This document shows positions 28,586 to 39,854 of a stretch of 64,000 bases of DNA, piece after piece. The translations under genes and the position numbers were made by a program. The notes below the pieces were generated by a model. That model was not told the origin of the DNA and made no database searches. It saw only the letters and a program-made list of their open reading frames with translations. Every line of letters starts with the position of its first letter. The stretch's first letter is position 1. The DNA comes from Podarcis vaucheri (Eukaryota): the NCBI GenBank assembly GCA_965113315.1, contig OZ220382.1; one strand, given 5' to 3'.

Positions 28586-28994
28586 AGCTCCCAGTACGTT
28601 TCCGAGCACAATTCAAAGTGTTGGTGCTGACCTTTAAAGCCCTAAATGGCCTCAGTCCAGTATACCTGAAGGAGCGTCTCCACCCCCATCATTCAGCCCG
28701 GACACTGAGGTCCAGCGCTGAGGGCCTTCTGGCGGTTCCCTCACTGTGAGAAGCCAAGTTACAGGGAACCAGGCAGAGGGCCTTCTCGGTAGTGGCACCC
28801 GCCCTGTGGGACACCCTCCCACCAGATGTCAAAGAGAACAACAACTACCAGACTTTTAGAAGACATCTGAAGGCAGCCCTGTTTAGGGAAGCTTTTAATG
28901 TTTGATGTAGTACTGTATTTTAATATTCTGTTGAAAACCGCCCAGAGTGGCTGCGGAAACCCAGCCAGATGAGCGGGGTATAAATACTGTAATT

Positions 28995-29045
<51 letters not shown>
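28586..29045 (+). mobile_element. L2-clade LINE 3' fragment followed by a (TTG)n tract
   Basis: LPVRFRAQFKVLVLTFKALNGLSPVYLKERL...RAFSVVAPALW...FRRHLKAALFREAF with one stop; 3' UTR ccgcccagagtggctg...ggggtataaata; (TTG)n about 28995-29045. Confidence 0.88.
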
Positions 29046-29545
29046 ATAAAAGAAAAAGTCCCAAAGTGATTTGCAGATAAGTAAAAAATATAATAATTAA
29101 ATCACATAAATGTATTAAAAACAAATGTAACAGAACAATATTATATCATTGGTGCTCCCAAATACCTGGTAAAACAAAGCTGCCTTTGCCTGGTCCTGGT
29201 TCTAAAACAATGATAAGGTAGATGCCAAGCAAACCTCCTTGGGGTGAATGTTCTGTAAATGAGGGATACTGCAGAGAAGACAATTAAAATGGCATGTTTA
29301 ATTTTTTTTGGTATCTAAAATTAAAATGTAAATACAAAATGTCACAAAGCTGCATCCAATACCCTGCATGACTTTCCCTTCCTCTCCTTTCTTCACATGC
29401 CCCCCAGATCTGCTCCAGAGGATCTGTCAACGTTCTGGTGCAGACTTGGTGGGTGAGCAAGGGGGATGCAGAGAAGAGGAGAGGAGGGGGAAGTTCCGTT
29501 GCACAAGCAGGTCTGCTGCATGAGCAGAATGGCAGTGTTGGATGC

Positions 29546-29546
<1 letters not shown>

Positions 29547-29576
<30 letters not shown>
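29547..29576. repeat. (AC)n microsatellite
   Basis: Seen directly. Confidence 0.95.
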
Positions 29577-29577
<1 letters not shown>

Positions 29578-32500
29578 GTATATTATATGTACTAAGCAGA
29601 AAAGAATGAATATATGGGATAAATGTCAGGTCTTTAGTCATTAGCTCTATATTTTGCACAATCAAATAACTTCTGCAATAATTGTTTCTCTTATTATGTG
29701 GCTTTAATGAAAGTAAATTTTAGAAACCACCTGGGGTGGGGCGGGAGGGGGGAGAATCGGCAGGATTAAAGCTGCATCTTTAACGCCCACGAAAATAAAA
29801 AATTGGCTGGTGCCAAAAGAACAGTACAGGAAGGACTGGGCAAACCACTCTGGAAAGAGTGTTCCACAACGAAGGCACCCACCACAGAAAAGACCCTCTG
29901 GCAGCAACCCACCTCCCTTCAATATTAGGATTTTTGTATTGATAACACTGGACACAACTAGGGATGTTAAAAAGCATTGATTTTATTTTCCACCCTGTGG
30001 CCATCATATGCTGCACCATTTCTGTTCCGCTGCAGTTCACCTTCTGCAGAAAACCACATTATTCAGCTCACTGTTTACTGTGGTAAAATCTAATAACTTA
30101 ATTAATTATGTGATTGTTGCATGATTGTCGCATGGTGTGTTACATGATTCCACACCATTTCAGGGGTGGGGGAGACAGCATCAATAAGAACAGACTGGGA
30201 GTGGACTGGTCATAGTTGCCTGCCTGGCTTCCATTCCTGAACAGACACAATTCCTTGTACCATTCCCCACTTCGATGGAATTTCCCGGCATCCTTTGCCA
30301 CAACCTAACTCTTGCCATGTGCAACCACTTTCAGGCAGGAACTAATTGCTTTGCATGGATATGCGTATTGCCATCTCCACCCAGATGGTTCACTGAACCC
30401 CGAGGAGCATAGTTTCTCCTGCAATTGTACATGCAAGAATCTGATCCTTGATCAGGCAATGTGTATTTAGCAGGATCAGCTCTTGTTGACTTCTCTTTAC
30501 AATTTTTTTAAAAAATAGAAAAGAAAAACAATTTAAACCTGTTCCAAAGTCACAATAAATAAGAGCAGCTCAGTGTCTGGGTTCTTGTCTAGTCCCAATT
30601 AGCTTTGAGTTATCCAAGTGAATTGCAGCAGAAACTAGTATTTTAAAGAGCCACAGTTTACTAATCTTCTCCAGCCCATTCTTTGTTCTGCATTCTGCCC
30701 AAGAAATAGTCCTCTTAACCTTTGAAACGTGTGTCCTTAATCTAAAACACATTGCCAGAGTGTTGTGTGTTTTGGACCCAAGTAACTTTGATACCATTCA
30801 CTTACCATTTTCTGCATTTAAGTATTTTCTTGGCAGAACAAATTGCTGAAGTGGATTTTTATCTTTTCAGCCTCACACTCCCCCCTCCCTTCTCCCTTAA
30901 ACAATTAAATTTTACACATGTGGATCTCAGATAACCCTAAACTCCATTGCCACCTCCTACTTAATCCTTGTTCCTGATTTGGCTGTCATATTTCAGTTAT
31001 TGTTTCTCTCTTGGCTGTGTTTGTATTAGATAATTGCATGCAAAATGAATTACTTGATCACTCCAACGCTTGTCGGGCCTTAGGTTGAGCCTCCCCTTCC
31101 TTCAATAGATAATGGAAGCATGGAACATTTCTTTCCAACTGTCTGTCTCGCTGGTGTTGTTTTAAAACCCTGATTAAAAACTGGCAAATTTGGAAGATAT
31201 AGTTGTGCTGTTTTAAAGAGATATGGCATCTGAATCTTAATAGCAGGATCGGTTGTTGTTTTCCAGCGACCTCCACCTCCCTGCACCCATTATTACCCAG
31301 ATCCTGAAAAGTTTGCTTACCTCCCACAATACCTCCTCCCCACGTTTCTATTTAGTTATCAGCAGAAAAGCTGAGGAATCATTCTTCAGTAATGGCATCA
31401 ATACTGAACACACATACCGGGGGCAAGGTCATCCTGTCAAAGGCATGGGCTAGGGGAATCAGAAGGATTAGGATGAAACCAGCTACAAATAACTTTGATG
31501 GAGTATTTTAATGTAAACAGTTTGCCTTCCTTTGAGTTTCACTGACATCTTAGGCAGCACAATGTTTCCAGAAGCAATTAAGAACTGATTTTTACAGTGT
31601 ATTAAAAGGCCAATATGGATGGTTTTCACCACCTCTTTAATAAGGGTGTGTTGAATCTTCAATAGTGTTACTTGGAGGAAAGACCCACTGAAACCATAAG
31701 CAAGTGTACTTAGGACCATAATCTCAACTGAGTGCGTGGGGGGGTGGGAGTTTCTTATCACTTTATACTGAGGTGATAGAGGCAAGAGGCATTTCCAAAC
31801 TGTCTCTGTTTTTTGATCGGAATTAATCACATACCAGCAAATTCAGGTTGTTCAGTTCTTAAAGTTGCTTTGGAGCTGTGCACAACAAATCAACTCCACC
31901 CCCACTCCCCAATACTGGACTCCTCCCCCCCCCCAATAAGGAAAGTAACAGGGAAATATGCTGGAAAGAGCAGGATGGCATGTGCTTGACGCAATGTCAT
32001 CTCACCTCCCCACCAACAAAGCAGGATGAATGCTCAATAGACAAGCCACCTGGAAACCAGCCAAGAAACCTGAAGTTTAGCAGATCAGAAAGAAACGTAG
32101 ACCTTCAGCATATCTACATTTCGTCTCCTAGTGATTCCTTATAATGGCTCGTAAACATGTAATTGGTTTTTACACTCCCACAACCCAGCAGATGAACTCT
32201 GCAATGGAGCATTGCATTGACAATGGCAGCAGCAAGGCCTCACGTCTCTACTCCACCCCTCCTCTTTCTCTTTCTTTCTCCATGATGTCGCTGCTGTTAT
32301 CCTTTGCTTTTGCCCTTTCCTCACTGGAGAGTTATTCATTGATTGAGAGAGGGATAGAGATTAGGGTCTGCTGCAGATTCCCCAAGGACCACAATAAAGA
32401 AGACCTTCATCATAAAGGAGAATCTAAGGGCAACAGCTGCAAGGAAAGGGAGGCCAGGAACAGCCTTTGCTGAAATGTCTTTCAGCGTGGCAAAAGGAAT

Positions 32501-34207
32501 TTTAACCCATAGGGGGGCTCTCTTCAATGCAATAATAATGGGAACACAAACCAGACCTAGTTAGAGCAAGCAAGAGATAGAGATTCTCCCCCTGGGATGT
32601 CACCCTTGTATTTGTAGAGACTTGTTGAAGCCTGTGCAGCTTATCTGCTACTTATCTGGAAGGGTTTGGCGTTAAGCCGACAGACGATTTCCAACATGGA
32701 CGCCACCCTCACATTGGGATTCTGAAAGGGAGGGGGTGAGTCATTGCAAAGAAAAGATCTCTAAATGTCAATCTTTGAAAGCTGAACCAGAGATACAAAT
32801 GGGGACTTGGGACAGCTTAAAGCAGTGCTGCTAATTACCACACACGCCTTGGGAACCTTACCTGGAAATGAAACAGCATGTGCAAAGGCAAAACATCCCA
32901 ATTAATCTTCAGGCGGCATTGCCTTAACTTCTTAAACTAGACACCAACATATTTTCTCAGAGGAGCAATACTGTGGGCAGATGAGAGATGCAATAGTTAA
33001 GGGGCATGTGTGCTCCATTGCATGCAGAAATCCCCAGGGTCAGTATCTTGTTAGTGGATCTCATGTAGTAGAAGTGAGAAAGACATTTGCTTGAGGCCGC
33101 AGGGTATAGCTGAAAGCCCAGGGTAGACAAGTCTTAAACTAGATAGCTCACTATTGGCCCACCAAGCCCAGAACTAGTCTACTTAGACCCATACTATGTA
33201 TTATGGGCTAACAGTCCTGGACTAAATGGACCAAGAATCCATATTCTGGGCATCTATATTCATGTATTATTAGGATAGGCTATGTAGCACCCTCCAGATG
33301 ATGTTGGGCTCCAAATCCCATAAGATTTCCAGTGGGAGGGCTGGGTTAAATGTTTAGCCCAGCTGAATATTGGTGGTTTTGGAGTGGCCCTGTCTTGTAT
33401 TTTCATATAATGTCCCTGGCTAGGACACTATGTCATTCATCCTATAGCATCCATGGCTACTTCAAAGTATGCATTAGCTGGCTGGATGTGCAGCTTGGAC
33501 TTCTAGACTTAAAAAAGAAAATGACATGGGGCACCTAACAAAGAGCAGTAAATGCTATTTACACACACGCCACTCCTGAAAGTCAAATAACTTTCTCTGT
33601 CACCAGCACTAAATGACACCCAGTTTCCCCCATACACACTTGCATTCAGAAGAAGGGACTGAGGGAGATGGAGGCAAACCTTTGCCCAGCCTTGGTTTCA
33701 GCCAGCCATGCCCTTTCCATTCCATTCCTCTCCATCACTGTTCTCCATTCCTGCCCATTCCACAGTCAGTCAGGATCCTGCAGCCACTAAGCATATTCCA
33801 TCTTCATTTGGTTGTTATGGTTCCTTCTCTTTTAGTTCTTTTCTCAAAAGTATTTTTGTACTTCCAACTGCCTTAAGGTTCCCTCAAGTCAGCTGATACT
33901 TCCCACTTGCATGTAGATGTTTTCATTTTGGCTACTTAAGGAACCCCTCTTGGAGAATGAGTTTCCAGTTAGCAAATAGCTAAAAAGTCCAGGGTGCCAG
34001 AGCTCTACATCTGAAGCTAAGACTTCCGAGCCACACTCCCTATTTAGCCTATTGGACAAGGTAAAATTCACATTTGTTGCTACACCCACCTCTACTTCTG
34101 ACCCCACCTACCACAAAGAATAGAAGGATGTGTCAATTTTGGTTCTCTCTCTCATTTTTCCAATCTTAAATTGAGTTATCCACATTTTGCAGCAATTTGC
34201 AATATAT

Positions 34208-34457
34208 AGAAGAAGAAGAGTTTGGATTTGATATCCCGCCTTTCACTCCCTTTAAGGAGTCTCAAAGCGGCTAACATTCTCCTTTCCCTTCCTCCCCCAC
34301 AACAAACACTCTGTGAGGTGAGTGGGGCTGAGAGACTTCAGTGTGACTGGCCCAAGGTCACCCAGCAGCTGCATGTGGAGGAGTGGGGAAGCGGAGACGC
34401 GAACCCGGTTCCCCAGATTACGAGTCTACTGCTCTTAACCACTATACCACACTGGCT
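34208..34457 (-). mobile_element. tRNA/CORE-type SINE, probably Squam3, abutting the first N gap
   Basis: Minus strand head agccagtgtggtatagtggttaagagc...gggttcgcg (A and B boxes), CORE-like gggtgaccttgggccagtcac, (CTT)n tail. Confidence 0.8.
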
Positions 34458-34623
34458 NNNNNNNNNNNNNNNNNNNNNNNNNNNNNNNNNNNNNNNNNNN
34501 NNNNNNNNNNNNNNNNNNNNNNNNNNNNNNNNNNNNNNNNNNNNNNNNNNNNNNNNNNNNNNNNNNNNNNNNNNNNNNNNNNNNNNNNNNNNNNNNNNNN
34601 NNNNNNNNNNNNNNNNNNNNNNN
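34458..34623. other. Assembly gap (166 N)
   Basis: N run at the left edge of the PLE locus. Confidence 0.99.
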
Positions 34624-35357
34624 TGTCTTCCCGTGTAAGAGTTGGGGTGTCTGGGCGACGTTTCGACGAGGTCTCACTCGTCATCTTCAGGCTGGTGCTT
34701 TCGGCTTCTTGTTACTGGAACAGAGCAGGGTCTTAGTGTTTGAGTTCCTATAAATACTGTTGAGGGGGTGTGGTGTATAGCCTCCAACGTTCTGGGCAGA
34801 GAGGAAGTTCCTAGATTAGTGTGCCTTTTCTTCTTTTGTTCCTTAATTACTTGAGGGATATCTTGAGTGATTTCATGAGTGATATTCTGAATACCACTTA
34901 GGTGGGTCATTAAGTGTGGATTAGTTGCTAAAGCTTTCGTGTCTTGACCTCTTGAGCTTGTGAAGAGTTTTTCGAAGATGGCTGTGCTGCATTTAGTTGT
35001 GCTCTGGCTTGGCTTCGTGTATAGGGGCGAGCTGTGGTTTTGTGCCCTGTGCCAGCCAGATCTGTGTAGGGATTGCAGGGGGGTGCAGCATCCGGAGGTG
35101 CCACTATAGTTTGGCTACTGGATGGAGTTTGTAATTTATCTGTGGAGAGGGTCTGGGTTTGGGTCTGGTGTGGTTGATTGGTGACGGCGTTCTGTGTGCC
35201 TCTGGTTCTGGTGTCGGTTTTTGTGGGGAGGGCTAATTTCCAGATGTCTGGCAGGCGGGACGTGTCGTCACGCTTGTTCATGTTGTGAGGGTGTTTCTCT
35301 ATCTCGATGGCTTCCATGATTATTCTCTTGTGGTGATGTTCCATGTTAAAGAGCAAT
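34624..35357 (-). repeat. 734-bp inverted repeat arm matching 36958-37691
   Basis: Paired positions sum to 72315 at both ends checked; ORF-track peptides from both arms are identical; no mismatch noticed by eye. Confidence 0.95.
34655..34694 (-). ncRNA. Minimal hammerhead ribozyme, inverted copy
   Basis: Reverse complement of 37621-37660. Confidence 0.78.
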
Positions 35358-37387
35358 CGACCAAAATCGACCCAGATGAAGCCAATAAAATCAGACTTGA
35401 AGTCACCAACATCCTCTGCTCCAGCAAACCACCCAGAAGCAATTTACACAAAGAAGAACAGAAAGCACTCACCAACCTGAGGAAAGACAACAACATAATC
35501 ATTCTCCCAGCAGACAAAGGCAATGCCACTGTTGTGATGAACACATCGGACTACCAAGCAAAACTATCAAATCTACTCCAAGACCCTACCTACCAACCTA
35601 TAAAAACAGATCCCACCACCTATCTGGAAAAAACCACCAAATCCAAAATAAAAGCCTCTCCTATCAGTGAAGAAATCCAGCTAAGAATCATCCCCAGAGA
35701 AAAATCATCCAGATGCCCCAAACTCTACGGTCTCCCCAAGATACACAAAGAAGGAACACCACTCAGACCAATAGTCAGCTCCATAGGCTCACCTCTACAA
35801 AATCTCGCTAAATTTCTCGCTAAGCAACTTCAGCCCTATGCAGAATCCATCGCTTCACACGTTACTAACTCCTTCCAGTTCATAGAAACAATAAAGAAGC
35901 AAAACCTACATCCCGATGACCTACTTGTAAGCTTCGATGTTGTATCTCTCTTCACTCAAGTGCCCATTAATGAAGCCTTGACAGCCATTCAAAACAAATA
36001 CAATCCCCCCGAATACATCCTGGACCTGACCAACCACTGCCTAACCAACACGTACTTCATCCATAATGGACAAAGATACAAACAGATAGAAGGAGCACCT
36101 ATGGGATCGCCCCTCTCACCGGTCATCGCAAATTTGTACATGGAACACTTTGAAACCAATGCTTTAGATAAGTCAGAACACAAACCCAAACTTTGGCTCA
36201 GATATGTTGACGACACCTTTGTAATTTGGCCACACGGGAAAGAAAAACTAGATAGCTTCCTCACACATCTCAACAGCCTACACCCCAAAATACAATTCAC
36301 TATGGAAATAGAAGACAACAACCAACTCCCCTTCCTTGACGTCCTAATCTACAAAAAACCTGATGGCTCCCTAGGACACACTATCTACCGGAAAAAAACA
36401 CACACCAACCGCTACTTACATGCACAATCACACCACCACCCTGCACAAATAAACTCCGTAGCCAAGACTCTCATCTCCAGAACCAAACGCCTGGCTGACA
36501 AAGACCACTTGACAACTGAGTTACAAAATCTCTCTAATGTGTTAATCGCCAATGGATACCAGCAAAACAGGGTTACCAAGCTAATCCAAAAAGAAACACC
36601 CCCCAAAAACCAAGACACAGAAGAAAACAATGGCATGGCCCTCCTTCCTTATATCAAGGGCACTACAGATAAAATTAGCAAAATCCTCCATAAACACAAT
36701 ATCAAAACAGCCTTCTGCACCAACCAAAAAATAGCCAATATCCTCAGAAACCCCAAAGACAAAATCCAGTTGGAAAACCAAGGGGTCTATGAAATACCCT
36801 GCAAAGTCTGCCCAGCCACGTACATTGGACAAACAAACAGACGAATAAATGCACGTATCGCAGAACACAAGAATGCCGTCAAAAAAGAAGAAAAAACTTC
36901 CTCTCTTTTCCAACACATGAAAGAAACAGGACACGAAATTAATTTTGCAGATTCCAAATTGCTCTTTAACATGGAACATCACCACAAGAGAATAATCATG
37001 GAAGCCATCGAGATAGAGAAACACCCTCACAACATGAACAAGCGTGACGACACGTCCCGCCTGCCAGACATCTGGAAATTAGCCCTCCCCACAAAAACCG
37101 ACACCAGAACCAGAGGCACACAGAACGCCGTCACCAATCAACCACACCAGACCCAAACCCAGACCCTCTCCACAGATAAATTACAAACTCCATCCAGTAG
37201 CCAAACTATAGTGGCACCTCCGGATGCTGCACCCCCCTGCAATCCCTACACAGATCTGGCTGGCACAGGGCACAAAACCACAGCTCGCCCCTATACACGA
37301 AGCCAAGCCAGAGCACAACTAAATGCAGCACAGCCATCTTCGAAAAACTCTTCACAAGCTCAAGAGGTCAAGACACGAAAGCTTTAG
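35358..37387 (+). CDS. PLE polyprotein, 5'-truncated but uninterrupted: reverse transcriptase + GIY-YIG endonuclease
   Basis: PADKGNATVV, LYGLPKIHK..PLRPIVS, LVSFDVVSLFT, GAPMGSPLSP, WLRYVDD (YVDD 36203-36214), LPFLDV; endonuclease GVYEIPCKVCPATYIGQT (36782-36829) with later FQHMKETGH completing the PLE CCHH motif. The first 24 aa of the ORF-track call (35285) come from the inverted segment. Confidence 0.96.
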
Positions 37388-37620
37388 CAACTAATCCACA
37401 CTTAATGACCCACCTAAGTGGTATTCAGAATATCACTCATGAAATCACTCAAGATATCCCTCAAGTAATTAAGGAACAAAAGAAGAAAAGGCACACTAAT
37501 CTAGGAACTTCCTCTCTGCCCAGAACGTTGGAGGCTATACACCACACCCCCTCAACAGTATTTATAGGAACTCAAACACTAAGACCCTGCTCTGTTCCAG
37601 TAACAAGAAGCCGAAAGCAC

Positions 37621-37660
37621 CAGCCTGAAGATGACGAGTGAGACCTCGTCGAAACGTCGC
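37621..37660 (+). ncRNA. Minimal type I hammerhead ribozyme in the PLE pseudo-LTR (copy A); predicted cleavage after C37658
   Basis: CTGAAGA-T-GACGAG-tgagac-CTCGTC-GAAAC-GTC: CUGANGA box, 6-bp stem II, GAAA box, palindromic ACGT in place of stem III, GUC triplet. Obvious stem I only 2 bp. Confidence 0.8.
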
Positions 37661-37832
37661 CCAGACACCCCAACTCTTACACGGGAAGACACCCGAAGAC
37701 ACCAAAACCTGCATTCCTGTACCCGTGAAAATCTACGAAAGCATATATGCTTTCGTAGATTTTCACGGGTACAGGAATGCAGGTTTTGGTGTCTTCGGGT
37801 GTCTTCCCGTGTAAGAGTCGGGGTGTCTGTGC
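37659..37832. repeat. 174-bp spacerless palindrome centred on GCATA|TATGC (37745/37746)
   Basis: Perfect over 37673-37818; two mismatched pairs outside that (37672/37819 and 37661/37830). Confidence 0.95.
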
Positions 37833-38310
37833 CACACCAGACCCAAACCCAGACCCTCTCCACAGACATATTACAGACTCCATCCAGTAGCCAAACTATA
37901 GTGGCACCTCCGGATGCTGCACCCCCCTGCAATCCCTACACAGATCTGGCTGGCACAAGGCACAAAACCATAGCTCGCCCCTATACACGAAGCCAAGCCA
38001 GAGCACAACTAAATGCAGCACAGCCATCTTCTCAGAAAAACTCTTCACAAGCTCAAGAGGTCAAGACACGAAAGCTTTAGCAACTAATCTACACTTAATG
38101 ACCCACCCAGTGATATTCTGAATATCACTCATGAAATCACCCAAGATATCCCTCAAGTAATTAAGGAACAAAAGAAGAAAAGGCACACTAATCTAGGAAC
38201 TTCCTCTTTGCCCAGAACGTTGGAGGCTATACACCACACCCCTCAACAGTATTTATAGGAACTCAAACACCAGACTCTGCTCTGTTCCAGTAACAAGAAG
38301 CCGAAAGCAC

Positions 38311-38350
38311 CAGCCTGAAGATGACGAGTGAGACCTCGTCGAAACGTCGC
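38311..38350 (+). ncRNA. Minimal hammerhead ribozyme (copy B); predicted cleavage after C38348
   Basis: Core identical to 37625-37658, 690 nt downstream. Confidence 0.8.
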
Positions 38351-38399
38351 ACAGACACCCCGACTCTTACACGGGAAGACACCCGAAGACACCAAAACC

Positions 38400-38815
38400 N
38401 NNNNNNNNNNNNNNNNNNNNNNNNNNNNNNNNNNNNNNNNNNNNNNNNNNNNNNNNNNNNNNNNNNNNNNNNNNNNNNNNNNNNNNNNNNNNNNNNNNNN
38501 NNNNNNNNNNNNNNNNNNNNNNNNNNNNNNNNNNNNNNNNNNNNNNNNNNNNNNNNNNNNNNNNNNNNNNNNNNNNNNNNNNNNNNNNNNNNNNNNNNNN
38601 NNNNNNNNNNNNNNNNNNNNNNNNNNNNNNNNNNNNNNNNNNNNNNNNNNNNNNNNNNNNNNNNNNNNNNNNNNNNNNNNNNNNNNNNNNNNNNNNNNNN
38701 NNNNNNNNNNNNNNNNNNNNNNNNNNNNNNNNNNNNNNNNNNNNNNNNNNNNNNNNNNNNNNNNNNNNNNNNNNNNNNNNNNNNNNNNNNNNNNNNNNNN
38801 NNNNNNNNNNNNNNN
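38400..38815. other. Assembly gap (416 N)
   Basis: N run at the right edge of the PLE locus. Confidence 0.99.
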
Positions 38816-39854
38816 ACCAGCATTTTAGTGTGACTTTTTCCTAAGTATATGCAGCTTTGTCTAATATGCATATTTTTGCAAACAATTTCCCCTAATACAA
38901 TGTATTTTTGTGCATTGTTTTCACTAACATATTTATTTTTATGCACATCCCTAAGCATTTTTGTAGCTATTATTTGGTTGGAGAACTGCATCGAAAAATT
39001 CGGATGAGTGTGGATTTTGAAGGATAATTTTGTTTCAGTTCACATGCTGTCTTGAAGAGAGCAGATTGGATAGATTTGTCTTTAAAAGCAAACTGAATCA
39101 ATTTCTTCCTCTGTTCCTACTTACCACTGACATGTAAATCCCAGAAGTAAATTTGGCTCCTGGACTGAAAAAAGTTCCAAATCCCTATTATATAGAATAT
39201 GAACCTTCATAGGCAGTCTGACTACAGAATGCTTCAGACAAATAAAGAGAGTAGACCTTTTCTAGAGCAACTGAGAGGCATCTTATTTGACAGAATGCTG
39301 GTATACATGGGCCCTGGTCGGATCCAATCCGGCAGTCCTTAACAACCTTATAATTAACAGCAAGATGAGTGTTAAATTAATCAGGTACCAGCTTCTCAGC
39401 TAGAGAAGTGTATATTTTCTCTGGAAAACACATGTCCTAAATAACGATTTTTCTGTATGGAAAATGGAGGCATGGGGAGAATGTTGAATATATGAGACAC
39501 AGGAGACGAGAGCCATTGTTACAAATGCAGTCTTTTGATAAACAGCCTTTGCATCACCCTGAAGGAAAGGCTGACCTAAACCGTGACACTCAGACTCCCA
39601 GATGCAAAGTTGCCAGCTTCTTGTCACAGGAGATTAGGGTAAGGGCTGATATTTTCCTCCGGAGACAATGCACTGAGCTGGGGGCACCATCTTGCAGGAA
39701 CAACTCTCAGTCACTCCACTGTACCAGTTTCCCTGAATGCCAAAGGGCATGAGGGTCATTTTCTCATTGTTTTGACTGCAAAGGGCCTTCCAGAATTCCC
39801 ATAAAGTCAGCTCAGCTGGGTCACTGAAACTATCCTCAAGATCCATTTTTTTAA

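Larger units (their letters stand above)
34624..38399 (+). mobile_element. Composite Penelope-like element locus (Penelope/Poseidon type): insertion A (34624-37745) and insertion B (37746-38399), each an inverted 3' segment plus a 5'-truncated forward segment; outer ends lie in N gaps
   Basis: RT + GIY-YIG ORF; 3' pseudo-LTR present three times (one inverted, two direct); hammerhead motifs; inversion junctions at 35357/35358 and 37831/37833. Confidence 0.95.

Noticed and set aside
34928-35356. 142-aa minus-strand ORF and the 37631..38080 ORF as separate genes
   Set aside because: Duplicated pieces of the PLE C-terminus within pseudo-LTR copies.
35285-35357. N-terminal 24 aa of the 700-aa ORF as native PLE sequence
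   Set aside because: It is the antisense of the endonuclease region brought in by the inversion; the same peptide starts the 36581..37030 minus ORF.
34222-38991. ORFs containing long X runs
   Set aside because: Artifacts of translating through N gaps.
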